Positions 20,640 through 30,880 of a stretch of 64,000 bases of DNA are shown piece by piece. Positions within the stretch are counted from its first letter, which is position 1; each line of letters opens with the position of its first letter. The stretch is from Longimicrobiales bacterium (GTDB lineage Bacteria; Gemmatimonadota; Gemmatimonadetes; Longimicrobiales; Gaopeijiaceae): positions 3,296,001-3,360,000 of the forward strand of contig OZ242008.1 in assembly GCA_965204735.1 (NCBI GenBank), in the 5' to 3' direction. The notes under the pieces are model-generated. The model had not been told where the DNA came from, searched no databases, and saw only the letters and a list, made by a program, of their open reading frames with translations. Made by a program: the position numbers and the translations under genes.

Positions 20640-21917
20640 TCAAGGCTCTCCCGGGCCGCGCGGCCGACCTTCGGGCTGCAGGAGCTTCAGCGCCATTTCC
20701 GCCGTCCGGGCCGAGCTGCCCCGGTTCTTCTCGAACGCTCGCCGGGCGCCGGCGGCGACGGCTTCGGCGGCGGCGGGTTCGGCCAGCCACTCTCCGATCA
20801 CCCTCATGGGGTCGCCGCTGACCGCGACTCCGCCCACGTCCAGCAGCTCCTGCACGACGCCCTCGAAGTGCTCCCAGTGGGGGCCGACGACGGCGGGCTT
20901 GCCCAGCGCCAGAGGCTCCAGCGGGTTGGAGCCCCCCATGGGAACGAGCGTTCGGCCCACGAACACGGCGTCGGCGAGCAGGTAGGCGTCGGCAAGCTCT
21001 CCCAGGGTGTCCAGGAGGAAGACGCCCCCGTTCCGCGAGGAGTCCGAGCCGGCCTCCGGGCGACGGCTTCGCCGAGCGATTCCCGGCCGCAGGGCCGCCA
21101 CCTCGTCCCAGCGGTTCGGGTCCCGGGGGGCCAGCAGGAGCTGACACCCGGCGGGAAGGTCTTCGAGGAGCCGCCTCTCTTCCCCCGGCCCCGTGGAGCC
21201 CGCCACGACCAGGGGCCGCGTCCGGTCGATCCCCAGCGCCGTCGCCAGCCGCTCGGCGGCCTCCGGGTCGGGCGCGCGGAGCGCCGCGTCCCACTTGAGG
21301 CTGCCCGTCGCAACCGCCCGGTCGGGCGGGACGCCCATCGCCACGAAGCGGCGCCGGTACGTCTCCGTCTGCGCCGCCACGAACGACAGCCCGGCGAAGA
21401 GCCGGCGAACCAGGAGCCGCCCCGCCCGGTATCCTCGGTAGCTCCGCGCCGACAAGCGGCCGTTCACCACGCAGACGGGAACGCCCCGGCGGGCGCACTC
21501 GGTCACGAGGGTCGGCCACAGCTCCAGCTCGCCCAGCGCGACCAGCCGGGGGCGGACGGCGTCCAGGAAGCGTCGCGCCGTCCGCGTGAAGTCCAGCGGG
21601 AAGCGAACGACCTCTCGCCGACGCCCGTGGAGCTGGCCCGCCCGGGCGAAGCCCGTCTCGGTGGCCGCGCTCACCACCACGTCCGGCTCGCAGGGCGATG
21701 CGGCCAGCGCGTCCACGAACGGCGCCAGGGCGTTGGTCTCGCCGACGCTCACCCCGTGCACCAGCACGCGGGGTCCCGGCGCCCGCCGCGGAACCGAACC
21801 GACGTCGCCGTCCCGGTCGCGCCAACCTGCCGGCCAAGCTCCCGTCGCCGCCCGCGTCCGCGCGCAGTGGGCGACCAGCCCGACGCCCAGGACGAGATCG
21901 CGAAGCACTCCGGTCAT
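20640..21917 (-). CDS. waaA: 3-deoxy-D-manno-octulosonate transferase
   Basis: HGVSVGE, FPLD, ELELWP, VNGRLS, TGSLKWD, AGST, LDTLGEL, GGSNPLEP. Confidence 0.93.
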   Translation of the reverse strand: MTGVLRDLVLGVGLVAHCARTRAATGAWPAGWRDRDGDVGSVPRRAPGPRVLVHGVSVGETNALAPFVDALAASPCEPDVVVSAATETGFARAGQLHGRRREVVRFPLDFTRTARRFLDAVRPRLVALGELELWPTLVTECARRGVPVCVVNGRLSARSYRGYRAGRLLVRRLFAGLSFVAAQTETYRRRFVAMGVPPDRAVATGSLKWDAALRAPDPEAAERLATALGIDRTRPLVVAGSTGPGEERRLLEDLPAGCQLLLAPRDPNRWDEVAALRPGIARRSRRPEAGSDSSRNGGVFLLDTLGELADAYLLADAVFVGRTLVPMGGSNPLEPLALGKPAVVGPHWEHFEGVVQELLDVGGVAVSGDPMRVIGEWLAEPAAAEAVAAGARRAFEKNRGSSARTAEMALKLLQPEGRPRGPGEP

Positions 21918-21972
21918 CTGCTAGGCGCTCGCTTTCTTCAAGATGGGCCAGGCAAATGATAACCTTCATCCC

Positions 21973-23088
21973 ATGATTCCCCGACACGCTCGCGCCATCC
22001 TCGTGGTCCGCCTGTCGGCCCGGGGCGACTTGGTCTTCGCTTCGCCGCTGGCCCGCGCCCTTCGACGGCGCTTCCCCGAGGCGCGCATCGCCTGGGCGGC
22101 CGAGGAGCGCGCCGCCGACGTCGTGCGCCACCACCCCTGCTTGGACGAAGTGATCGTTTGGGAGCGGATCGCATGGAAGCGGATGCTGCTGCGGGGACGC
22201 TGGAGCGCCTTGGCGCAGGCCGCCGCCGACTTCGTCCAGCTCCTCCGCGACCGGCGCTTCGACGCCGTCGTCGACGCTCAAGGACTCCTTCGCACCGGCC
22301 TTCTCGCCTTCTTGACGGGGGCGCCGGTCCGGATCGGGCTGGGCTCCCGGGAGGGCTCCCGCATCTTCATGACGCACTTCGTGGAGCGCGCGGGCGAGCC
22401 CCGCAAGATCGCCTCGGAGTACGCTCACCTGGCCTCGGTCCTGGGACTTCCCACGGAACCGTTCCCGCTGGAGGTCGCCCGCAGCCCCCTGGAGACGGCG
22501 TCGGCGCGCGAGCTGCTCGCGGAGGCGGGCCTGGCGCCGGCGGACGGCACGGCCCGGCACGCCGGCTTCGTCGCCGCCTGTCCGTTCACCACCCGTTTCT
22601 ACAAGCACTGGCTCGAGGACCGTTGGTCGCGCCTGATTCGACTCCTCCCCGAGCGCACCGGGCTCGGCGTGGTCCTTCTCGGCGGTCCCGGCGACCGGGC
22701 CGCGGCGGACCGGATGCTGGGCGCGTCGCCCGCGCCGCCCGTCGTGGACCTGGTGGGCCGCACCACGCTGGCCGAGGCGTCCGCCGTGGTGGCCGCGTGC
22801 AGCGTCCTGGTCGGCGTGGACACCGGACTCTCCCACATGGCCCACGCCTACCGCCGCCCGGCCGTGTTGCTTTTCGGCTCGAACACTCCCTACCTGGATC
22901 CGCCCGGCGCCTCGGTCTCGATACTCCACTCCGGGCGGTCCTGCTCTCCCTGCCGGGGGAAGCTGGTGTGCGACGGACGGATCGAGTGCATGTCCGACCT
23001 TTCCGTCGAATCCGTCCTGGCGGAGGTCGAGGCGCGCCTGGCGGCCGTCCCCCGTCCCCGCTCCCACTCGTCGAAGGCAGCCTCATGA
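21973..23088 (+). CDS. GT9 glycosyltransferase (LPS heptosyltransferase-like)
   Basis: LVVRLSARGDLV, DAQGL, KHW, GVDTGLSHMA, LFG. Confidence 0.9.
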   Translation: MIPRHARAILVVRLSARGDLVFASPLARALRRRFPEARIAWAAEERAADVVRHHPCLDEVIVWERIAWKRMLLRGRWSALAQAAADFVQLLRDRRFDAVVDAQGLLRTGLLAFLTGAPVRIGLGSREGSRIFMTHFVERAGEPRKIASEYAHLASVLGLPTEPFPLEVARSPLETASARELLAEAGLAPADGTARHAGFVAACPFTTRFYKHWLEDRWSRLIRLLPERTGLGVVLLGGPGDRAAADRMLGASPAPPVVDLVGRTTLAEASAVVAACSVLVGVDTGLSHMAHAYRRPAVLLFGSNTPYLDPPGASVSILHSGRSCSPCRGKLVCDGRIECMSDLSVESVLAEVEARLAAVPRPRSHSSKAAS

Positions 23089-24368
23089 CCATCGTTCACG
23101 TCGAGACCGGCCGTCGCTTCTACGGCGGCGCGCTGCAAGTGCTGTACCTGATGCGCGGCCTCATCCGAAGGGGCGTGCCGAGCTTGCTGCTCGCGCCCAA
23201 GGGCTCCCAGATCGCCGCCGAGGCTCGGGCTTGGAAGCTGCCGACGGAAGACTTCCGCTTCCGGGGAGAGGCGGACTTCACCGCCGTCTGGCGCATGAAG
23301 CGACGGTTCCTGAACGCCGGCGCGATCCTGGTCCACGTCCACTCCCGGCGAGGCGGCGACGCCTTCGGCGGCTTTGCGGCCGGGCGGGCCAAGGTCCCCA
23401 CGGTCCTGACCCGCCGGGTCGACAACTCGGAGCTTGCCTGGGTCGCCCGCCGCAAGTACGCCGTCTACGATCACGTGGTGGCGATATCGGAAGCGGTGCG
23501 GCGCGTCCTGGCGGACAACGGCGTCCCGTCGGAAAAGACTTCGCTCGTGCCGTCGGCGGTCGACGTCTCCGAGTGGCAGAGCCCCCGGACCCGGAGTTCG
23601 CTGAACCGAGAGTTCGACTTGGTCCCCGGCGCGCCCGCAGCCGCCATGGTGGCCCAGTTCATCCCCCGGAAGGGGCACCGGGAGCTGGTGGAGGCGCTGA
23701 CCTTCCTTCGGTGGCGCACCAAGCGAGACGCCCGCGACCGGGCAAGGGGGCGGCGGACCGCCGCCGACCGCCGTCGATCCAGCAAGCCGAGCCGAGCCGT
23801 GGGCCGGCGCCGGGCCGCCGAGCAGAACGGCAACGACCCCCAGGCGCTGGTGCAGCGGCGTCTTCCCACGGTCGTGCTCTTCGGCCAAGGTCCTCTCCGG
23901 AACACCGTGGCCGGCTTTGCCGAGAGAGCCGGCGTGAGCGACCTGCTGCGCTTCGCCGGCTACAGGAACGACCTGCCGAAGTGGCTGGGGGCGTTCGACT
24001 TCCTCGTTCACCCCGCGACGGCCGAGGGCTTGGGCGTGGCAGTTCTTCAGGCGTCCGCGGCGGGGCTTCCCGTGGTCGCTTCCAAGGCCGGGGGACTGCC
24101 CGAAGTCGTCGAGGACGGGGAAACCGGATTCCTCTTCAAGTCGGGTGACGTCGGCGAGCTGGCGGGAAACCTCTCCGCCATGTCGAGCGCCCAGGCGCGC
24201 GTTCCGACTCGCGAGATGGGCCGCAGAGGCCGTCGCCGGGTCCAGAAGCTGTTCTCGGTGGACTCGATGGTGAACGGCTACCTGGACGTGTACCGCTCCG
24301 TCCTCGGTCCCGAGTGGCGAGGACCCAACGCCGACCGGTCGCGGCCGCGGCTGGCGTTGGTGCCGTGA
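23085..24368 (+). CDS. GT4 glycosyltransferase
   Basis: YGGA.QV, VAISEAV, RKGH, EGLGVAVLQA.AAGLPVVAS.AGGLPEVV..GETG; Arg-rich insert. Confidence 0.9.
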   Translation: MTIVHVETGRRFYGGALQVLYLMRGLIRRGVPSLLLAPKGSQIAAEARAWKLPTEDFRFRGEADFTAVWRMKRRFLNAGAILVHVHSRRGGDAFGGFAAGRAKVPTVLTRRVDNSELAWVARRKYAVYDHVVAISEAVRRVLADNGVPSEKTSLVPSAVDVSEWQSPRTRSSLNREFDLVPGAPAAAMVAQFIPRKGHRELVEALTFLRWRTKRDARDRARGRRTAADRRRSSKPSRAVGRRRAAEQNGNDPQALVQRRLPTVVLFGQGPLRNTVAGFAERAGVSDLLRFAGYRNDLPKWLGAFDFLVHPATAEGLGVAVLQASAAGLPVVASKAGGLPEVVEDGETGFLFKSGDVGELAGNLSAMSSAQARVPTREMGRRGRRRVQKLFSVDSMVNGYLDVYRSVLGPEWRGPNADRSRPRLALVP

Positions 24369-25246
24369 AGCCGTTCGTCTCGGTGATCCTCAGCACCTAC
24401 CAGTCCCCGGCGTGGCTGGAGAAGGTCCTGTGGGGATACGCCGTCCAGAGCCGCCGGGAGTTCGAGCTCGTCGTGGCCGACGACGGATCCTCTCCCGAAA
24501 CCGCCCAGCTTCTGGACCGCTTCCGGGACTCGGGGCTTGCGCTGCGCCACGTCTGGCAGCCCGACCGCGGCTTCCGAAAGTGCCGCGTGCTCAACAGGGC
24601 GGTCGAGGCGTCTCGGGGCGACTACCTGGTCTTCTCCGACGGCGACTGCATTCCGCGAGCCGACTTCCTGGCGGTGCACGCCGGGACGGCTCGGAAGGGC
24701 CGCTTCCTCTCCGGCGGCTGCGCCAGGCTCTCGAGGGCGGCCAGCGTGGCCGTCGCGCGGTCGGACGTGCTGGCGCAGCGCGTCTTCTCCCCGAGATGGG
24801 TCCGAGCGCACGGCGGCTGCGACTTCAAGTCGGCGGCCAAGCTGGCCGTTCCACGCCTCGGCGCTCCGATCGCCGACCGCCTCACCACGACTCGCCCGAG
24901 CTGGAACGGGGGCAACGCCTCCGCTTGGCGGGAAGACGTGCTCGCCGCCAACGGCTTCGACGAGCGCATGGGCTACGGCGGGGAAGACCGGGAGTTCGGC
25001 GAGCGACTGGAGAACGCCGGCGTCCGGGGAACGCAGATCCGCTACCGGGCCATTTGCGCGCACCTGGAGCACGACCGGGGATACGCGCGCCCCGACGCCC
25101 TGACCCGAAACAAGGCGATCCGGCGGCGAACCCGATCCCAGCGCCGCACCGCGACCCTGCACGGGATCCGCCGTTCCGACCGGCGCCGCCCGCCGCGGGC
25201 CCGACCGAAGCCTGCCGGGCAGGAGCAGGAGCGCGCCCACCGATGA
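24365..25246 (+). CDS. GT2 glycosyltransferase
   Basis: VSVILSTY, VVADDGS, YLVFSDGDCIP, NGFDE..GYGGED. Confidence 0.92.
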   Translation: MKPFVSVILSTYQSPAWLEKVLWGYAVQSRREFELVVADDGSSPETAQLLDRFRDSGLALRHVWQPDRGFRKCRVLNRAVEASRGDYLVFSDGDCIPRADFLAVHAGTARKGRFLSGGCARLSRAASVAVARSDVLAQRVFSPRWVRAHGGCDFKSAAKLAVPRLGAPIADRLTTTRPSWNGGNASAWREDVLAANGFDERMGYGGEDREFGERLENAGVRGTQIRYRAICAHLEHDRGYARPDALTRNKAIRRRTRSQRRTATLHGIRRSDRRRPPRARPKPAGQEQERAHR

Positions 25247-26379
25247 CCCGCCTCCGATCGTTCCGCGACGAGTTTCCCGTCGCGCGCAACTTCGTCTTCC
25301 TGAACCACGCCGGCGTCGGTCCCACCTCCACGAGGGTCGTGAACGCCGTCCACCGCTTCATGGACTCCCTCGCCACCACGGGCCGGCCGTGCTTCGAGGA
25401 GTGGGAAGCCCTGGCCGACGAGTGTCGATCCCGCTTCGCCCGCCTCGTGGGGGCCTCGCCGGACGAGATCGCCTTCGTCCGCAACACGTCCCACGGGCTC
25501 TCGCTGCTGGCGTCGGGACTGGACTGGCGGCCGGGCGACAGGGTGACGGTCTCCACCGCCCTCGAGTACCCGTCCAACGTCTACCCGTGGATGGACCTGG
25601 AGCGGCGGGGGATCGCCGCCCTGGACCGCATCGAGGAGGACGAAGGCGCCGTGACTCCCGAGTCGGCGGCGGCGGCGATGAGGCCCGGCACGAGGGTGCT
25701 GGCCGTGAGCTCGGCCCAGTACGCCACCGGGGCGGTCACCGACTTGGCGGAACTCGGCGCCCTCTGCCGCGCGCGGGGAGCGCTGCTGTGCGTGGACGGC
25801 ATCCAGACGGTCGGCGCCCTGCCGCTGGACGTGAAGGAGGCAGGCGTCCACTTCCTCTCCGCCGACAGCCACAAGTGGATGCTGGGCATGATGGGAATCG
25901 GCGCCGTCTTCGTGGATCGCTCGATCGCGACCCGCGTCCATCCGCCTCTGCTGGGGTGGCGAAGCACCACCGAGGCCTTCGACTTCGACCGGGTCCACTT
26001 CGAGCTCCGGGACACGGCAGGCCGCTTCGAGGAGGGAAGCCTTGCCTACCCGTTGATCGCCGGCTTCTCGGAAGCGCTGGCCATCTTGGAGGAGGCGGGG
26101 GTCGAAGCGGTCGCGGCCCACGTGGCGGAGCTGGTGGGGACGTTGGCGGCGCGCTTGGAGGAGCTTGGGTGCGAAACGGGCCCGACGGCGGCGCGGAGGC
26201 GCCACATCCTGATGTTCCGCCACCCCCGGGTCGACGTGCAGCGGCTGGCGGAAGGGCTCGCGGAGCGACGCGTGGTGGCGTCCCTGCGCCGGGGCTGGAT
26301 ACGCGCCTCGCCCCACTTGTACAACACGCGGGAGGAGATGGAGCAGGTGGCCGAGGCGGTGCGGGAGGCGCTGCCCTAG
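25243..26379 (+). CDS. PLP-dependent aminotransferase class V family enzyme
   Basis: [21 protein letters not shown] (PLP lysine), [15 protein letters not shown]. Confidence 0.88.
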   Translation: MTRLRSFRDEFPVARNFVFLNHAGVGPTSTRVVNAVHRFMDSLATTGRPCFEEWEALADECRSRFARLVGASPDEIAFVRNTSHGLSLLASGLDWRPGDRVTVSTALEYPSNVYPWMDLERRGIAALDRIEEDEGAVTPESAAAAMRPGTRVLAVSSAQYATGAVTDLAELGALCRARGALLCVDGIQTVGALPLDVKEAGVHFLSADSHKWMLGMMGIGAVFVDRSIATRVHPPLLGWRSTTEAFDFDRVHFELRDTAGRFEEGSLAYPLIAGFSEALAILEEAGVEAVAAHVAELVGTLAARLEELGCETGPTAARRRHILMFRHPRVDVQRLAEGLAERRVVASLRRGWIRASPHLYNTREEMEQVAEAVREALP

Positions 26380-27428
26380 CCGTCCTGCCGGAAGCGGTCG
26401 ATCACGGCGACGCCGACGAGGTCGTGGCCGTCCATTCCCTTCAGGACTTCCACGCCCTCCTCCAGGGAGACCGTCCGGGTCACCAGGCGGTCCGGCTCCA
26501 CGAAGCCCGTCGCGATCATGCGCAGCATCCGATCGTACTCGTGGGCCTGCATCCCGTGGGTGCCCACGATCTCCAGCTCCCAGCCGATCACTCGGTCCAT
26601 CGGCACGCGGGGGTGACGGTGCTCGCCGGTCGTGAGGCCCGCCTGGACGTGGCGTCCTCGCCTCCGCAGGCAGGCGACCGAGTTGAAGCAGGTGTCGGGG
26701 TGGCCCAAGGCGTCCAGCGACATGTGGGCTCCGCCGCCGGTCAGCTCCCGCACCTCTCCTGCCACGTCGGGAGAGCAGGACGCGTCCACGGCGGCCGTCG
26801 CCCCCACCTTCCTTGCCATCTCCAGCGCTTCCTGGCGGATGTCCACCGCGACCACGGCCGCTCCCAGCGCCGACGCGACCATCACCGCCGCCAGCCCGAC
26901 CCCGCCGCACCCGTGCACGGCCACCCAGTCGCCCCCCGAGACCCGGCCCTGAGCCCGCACCGCGCGAAACGCCGTGGCAAAGCGGCAACCCAGGCTGGCC
27001 GCTGTCACGAAGCCCACGTCGTCGGGGAGGGGCACCAGCGTCAGATCGGCGTGGCGCAGCGCCACCCGCTCCGCGAACCCGCCCCATCCGTGAAAGCCCG
27101 GCTGGAACTGGCGTCGGCACACCTGCTGGTCGCCGGCGCGACAGTGGGCGCACCGCCCGCACCCGGCGATGAACGGCACCGACACGCGCGCGCCTCTCCG
27201 CCAGCGGGTCACGTCCTTCCCCACCTCCTCCACCACGCCGGCGATCTCGTGGCCGGGCACGTGGGGCAGCACGATGTCCGGGTCGTGGCCGACCCACCCG
27301 TGCCAGTCGCTTCGGCAGACGCCGTTGGCTTCGACGCGCAGCACCACGCCGTCGGGCGTCGGCTCCGGATCGGGGAGGGTCTCGATGGCGATCGGCCCCC
27401 GGTACTCCCTGTAGATCGCCGCCTTCAC
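26376..27428 (-). CDS. Zinc-dependent alcohol dehydrogenase
   Basis: [21 protein letters not shown]....C, HGCGGVG. Confidence 0.93.
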   Translation of the reverse strand: MKAAIYREYRGPIAIETLPDPEPTPDGVVLRVEANGVCRSDWHGWVGHDPDIVLPHVPGHEIAGVVEEVGKDVTRWRRGARVSVPFIAGCGRCAHCRAGDQQVCRRQFQPGFHGWGGFAERVALRHADLTLVPLPDDVGFVTAASLGCRFATAFRAVRAQGRVSGGDWVAVHGCGGVGLAAVMVASALGAAVVAVDIRQEALEMARKVGATAAVDASCSPDVAGEVRELTGGGAHMSLDALGHPDTCFNSVACLRRRGRHVQAGLTTGEHRHPRVPMDRVIGWELEIVGTHGMQAHEYDRMLRMIATGFVEPDRLVTRTVSLEEGVEVLKGMDGHDLVGVAVIDRFRQDG

Positions 27429-27601
27429 GGGCGACTCCTTCCTCTTCGCGGCGCAGGCTCTTCCCTTGCGCGAGGATTAGTGACAGATTCACAAGTCCGG
27501 GTCGTGCCGCAGCGCCGCACCGGCAGCCGCTGTTTCCACTCGCCTTCGACCCGCCCGTAGCGCACAGAGACGGGCAAGCCAAACCCACCAGGAGAAGTTG
27601 C

Positions 27602-27898
27602 GTGAACAAGACCCAGATGGCCAAGGAGCTCGCCAGCCAAGTCGAGGACCTGACCCAAGCCGGAGCCGGAGAGATCATCGACGCCCTCTTCGACCCGACC
27701 GACGGGATCATCGCAACCGAGCTCGCCACGGCGGGGACGGACCAAAAGGTCTCGATCGGTGGCTTCGGCACCTTCGAGGTGCGGGAGCGGTCGGCGCGGA
27801 CTGCCCGCAACCCGCGCACCGGCGAGACGGTCCACGTGCCGGCGCGGAAGCACCCCGCCTTCAAGGCCGCCAAGGCGCTGAAGGACTGCGTCGCGTAG
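27602..27898 (+). CDS. hup: HU family DNA-binding protein
   Basis: MNKTQ, IGGFGTFEVRER.AR.ARNPRTGE, PAFKA.KALKD; AGGAG RBS. Confidence 0.95.
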   Translation: MNKTQMAKELASQVEDLTQAGAGEIIDALFDPTDGIIATELATAGTDQKVSIGGFGTFEVRERSARTARNPRTGETVHVPARKHPAFKAAKALKDCVA

Positions 27899-28041
27899 CA
27901 ACCACCGCCTCGGCGCCAAGAGCCGGAGCGCCCTCTCGGCACCCCGCCTGCGCGGGTTCGCGGCGTGAACACCTTTTCTGCGGCGCCGCGTAGGGAAGGA
28001 CACGGAAGTCGCGAGGATGTCTTCGGAGTTGGGAGGAAGCG

Positions 28042-28308
28042 GTGAACGAACACTTTGCGCCCGCTCTCGTGGGCGAGGTGGTGGTCCTGGTCTTGGCCGT
28101 CGGCTTGGTGTGGGTCGTCTTCCGCGAGGTCGCCCGGGTCGCCCTCAAGGTGCTCTTGCCGGCGGGCGTTCTGGTCGGCGTGGCCGTGTGGCTCGGATGG
28201 CTCGACCAGACGATGTTGGGCAACACCCTGGTCGCCGTGGGCGACGGCGTGATGAACGGCATTCGCAGCGTCGCCGACTGGGTGGTGGCCAGAACCTCGT
28301 CCGGCTGA
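28042..28308 (+). CDS. Hypothetical small membrane protein
   Basis: GGAGG RBS, two hydrophobic helices, GC3-rich codons. Confidence 0.6.
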   Translation: MNEHFAPALVGEVVVLVLAVGLVWVVFREVARVALKVLLPAGVLVGVAVWLGWLDQTMLGNTLVAVGDGVMNGIRSVADWVVARTSSG

Positions 28309-28814
28309 TTCCGCTCGGCGCTGCGCTGGCGGCGGGTTGCGCCGGAGGACCGACCGGCGGTCCCCTGGACCGTTCGGGCAAGCACGCGCCGCCCTCGATC
28401 GGCAGAAGCGCCGGAAGCGCGCCTTTCAGCCGGGAAGTCGATCCCCCGATCCCCGATCCCGTTGGCGTCTATGCGGTCGTCCTCTCCGCCAGCCACATGG
28501 TGTCGGAAGGCACGATGGAGATCTCGGGCGAGACCGGGGCCTACCTGGGACGCATCTCCGTCGGGGGCGTCGTCGCGGTCGTTCGGCGGGTCGAGACCGG
28601 TCCGGGCCACATGCGCATCGAGGCGGACACCGACAGGGGAAGGTTGGTGCTGCGGCTGGCGGGCGACGGAGGCTACTTCGCCGGCAATTGGATCCTGGGC
28701 GTCCAGCGGGGCACCGTCGTCGCGGAGAAGCCCCTGCCCTACCGGAGAGAAGCCGGTCCCGTCTCCACCGGCAGGTCGTCCCGGCCCCCCCACTCGGCCC
28801 ACGAACCGTCGTAG
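28197..28814 (+). CDS. Hypothetical lipoprotein (start unresolved)
   Basis: LAAGC lipobox-like segment then a beta-rich domain (PVGVY..GTMEISG..FAGNW); no clean start codon near the signal. Confidence 0.45.
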   Translation: MARPDDVGQHPGRRGRRRDERHSQRRRLGGGQNLVRLIPLGAALAAGCAGGPTGGPLDRSGKHAPPSIGRSAGSAPFSREVDPPIPDPVGVYAVVLSASHMVSEGTMEISGETGAYLGRISVGGVVAVVRRVETGPGHMRIEADTDRGRLVLRLAGDGGYFAGNWILGVQRGTVVAEKPLPYRREAGPVSTGRSSRPPHSAHEPS

Positions 28815-29650
28815 ACCGCCACGTCCCAGCGCCCCGACGCGGCCATGCTCCACGCAAGGGCGCAGGCGCTGGTCCCCGACCCGCAGGTCGCGACCACCTT
28901 CTTGGTCGGGTCCACGCCGGCGCCTTCGAGGAGCGCCGAGAGCGCGTCCTTGCCGACCCCAACTCCCGTCTCGCCGTCCACCAGCTCCGTGTAGGGAAGG
29001 TTCCGGCTGCTCGGCACGTGTCCCAGCCGGAGCCCGGGCCTGGGCTCGGGGTCCCTGCCCGCGAACCGCCCTGGCGGGCGCACGTCGACGATCTCGACCC
29101 CGTCGTCGCGCGTCGCGCGCACGACCTGCTCCGCGCTGCGAACCAGCTCGGGCCGGACGACGGGCGTGAACTCGCCCGGCGTCTCTCGAGATCGGCGGCT
29201 CGGCCCGGATTCGACGGGAAGCCCCGACGCCGCCCAGTGCTTGAAGCCGCCGTCCAGGACGGCGACGTTGTCGAATCCGAAGCAGCGAAAGGTCCACCAC
29301 ACTCGCGGAGCGCTGATGTTGACGCCCGACGCGTCGTACACCACCACGGAGGAGGCGTCCGACACCCCCGCCGCCTCGGCCCGGACCTTGAAGCGCTCCG
29401 GCGCGGGGAGCGTGTGGGGCAAGGGCGATTCCGGGTCGCAGCTGGCGTCCAGGTCGAAGAACCGGGCCCCGGGGATCCTCTGCGCTTCGAACTCGCGGGC
29501 CGGGTCGCGTCCGGAACCCGGCAGGTACCACGAGCAGTCGAGCACGACAAGCTCCGCCGCCTTCAAGTGCTGGGCGAGCCAAGCGGCGGAGACGGCGGGC
29601 CGGGGAAGCTTGAAGGGAGCGCGCCGGCGGGTGGTCGCGGCTGTCGTCAT
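28739..29650 (-). CDS. sseA: Two-domain rhodanese sulfurtransferase (SseA/3-mercaptopyruvate type)
   Basis: VSAAWL, IPGARFFD, LDGG, GHVP, active-site loop CGSGTSA, YDGSWAEW. Confidence 0.9.
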   Translation of the reverse strand: MTTAATTRRRAPFKLPRPAVSAAWLAQHLKAAELVVLDCSWYLPGSGRDPAREFEAQRIPGARFFDLDASCDPESPLPHTLPAPERFKVRAEAAGVSDASSVVVYDASGVNISAPRVWWTFRCFGFDNVAVLDGGFKHWAASGLPVESGPSRRSRETPGEFTPVVRPELVRSAEQVVRATRDDGVEIVDVRPPGRFAGRDPEPRPGLRLGHVPSSRNLPYTELVDGETGVGVGKDALSALLEGAGVDPTKKVVATCGSGTSACALAWSMAASGRWDVAVYDGSWAEWGGRDDLPVETGPASLR

Positions 29651-29872
29651 GGCGTCGGGGGGCCGGAAGGGCCCGGGAAGGCGGAAGGCGCTGCGCGTGC
29701 CGAGCGCCCTGGCCGGCCGGCATTGCCGGCTCGGGCGGAAGGGCTCGGGAAGGCGAGGGAAAGTGCTGCCGCATACTAACCAGCGAGCCGTCCCGGAGCA
29801 TCTCGGCGGCCGGGCGAGCGGAGCGGCGTCGGGTCGAGCTTCGGTCGAACCGGGGTCGTTCCCCCCGCCCGC

Positions 29873-30880
29873 GTGAGAGTCCTGGTCACCGGGGCCGCCG
29901 GCTTCATCGGCTCCTTCGTTGCGCGTCGCCTTCTGGAAGCGGGACACCAAGTCGCCGGCATCGACAACCTGAACCCCTACTACGACCCCCGGCTGAAGCG
30001 CGACCGGGCGGCCCGGCTCTTGGAGCACGACGGGTTCTCGTTCCGGCAGATCGACCTGTGCGACGCCCGGGCCGCCGCCGAGTGCTTCGACGCCGGCGGC
30101 TTCGATCGAGTGGTCCATCTGGCCGCCCAGGCCGGGGTAGCGTACTCGCTGGAGAACCCGCTGGCGTACGTGCACTCCAACCTGGTCGGGTTCGCCCACG
30201 TTCTGGAGGGGTGTCGGCGGAGCGGCGTCGAGCATCTGGTCTACGCATCCACCAGCTCGATCTACGGCGCCAACACCCGGCTGCCGTTCTCCACGGGCGA
30301 CTCGACGGACCATCCCCTGTCCCTGTACTCGGCCACCAAGAAGTCCAACGAGGCGATGGCCCACGCCTACGCCCACGTCCACGGCCTGCCGGCGACGGGG
30401 TTGCGCTTCTTCACCGTCTACGGTCCGTGGGGGCGTCCCGACATGGCGGCGTTCCTCTTCACGCGACAGATTCTCGCAGGCGAGCCGATCAAGCTCTACA
30501 ACCATGGAAACCACTGGCGGGACTGGACTTACGTGGAGGACACGGCCGAAGGCGTGGTCCGAGCGACGATGAAGCCTCCCGAGGGCGACGCATCGTGGAG
30601 CGGAGGCGCGCCCAACCCGGCGACCAGCAAGGCCCCGTGGCGGGTGTACAACGTCGGGGCGGGCCGTCCGGTGCATCTGCTCGAGTTCGTCGGCATTCTG
30701 GAGGAGCTGCTGGGTCGGAAGGCGGAGCGGCTGCTCCTGCCTCGCAGGACAGTGGACGCGCTGGAGACCTGCGCCGACGTGGAGGGGCTGCGGAGGGACG
30801 TGGGCTACGAGCCGGCGACGCCGGTGCGCGAGGGACTCGCCCGCTTCGTCGAATGGTACCGCGAGTACTACCGCGTCTAG
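29873..30880 (+). CDS. NAD-dependent epimerase (UDP-glucuronate 4-epimerase type)
   Basis: VTGAAGFIG, HLAAQAGV.YS, YSATKK, RFFTVYGPWGRPDMA. Confidence 0.92.
   Translation: MRVLVTGAAGFIGSFVARRLLEAGHQVAGIDNLNPYYDPRLKRDRAARLLEHDGFSFRQIDLCDARAAAECFDAGGFDRVVHLAAQAGVAYSLENPLAYVHSNLVGFAHVLEGCRRSGVEHLVYASTSSIYGANTRLPFSTGDSTDHPLSLYSATKKSNEAMAHAYAHVHGLPATGLRFFTVYGPWGRPDMAAFLFTRQILAGEPIKLYNHGNHWRDWTYVEDTAEGVVRATMKPPEGDASWSGGAPNPATSKAPWRVYNVGAGRPVHLLEFVGILEELLGRKAERLLLPRRTVDALETCADVEGLRRDVGYEPATPVREGLARFVEWYREYYRV

Noticed and set aside
29650..29873. Cobalamin riboswitch upstream of the epimerase-dehalogenase operon
   Set aside because: GGGAAGG is present, but I could not find GCCACTG, the AGGGAA/GTGnAA elements or a B12 box; an Infernal scan would settle it.
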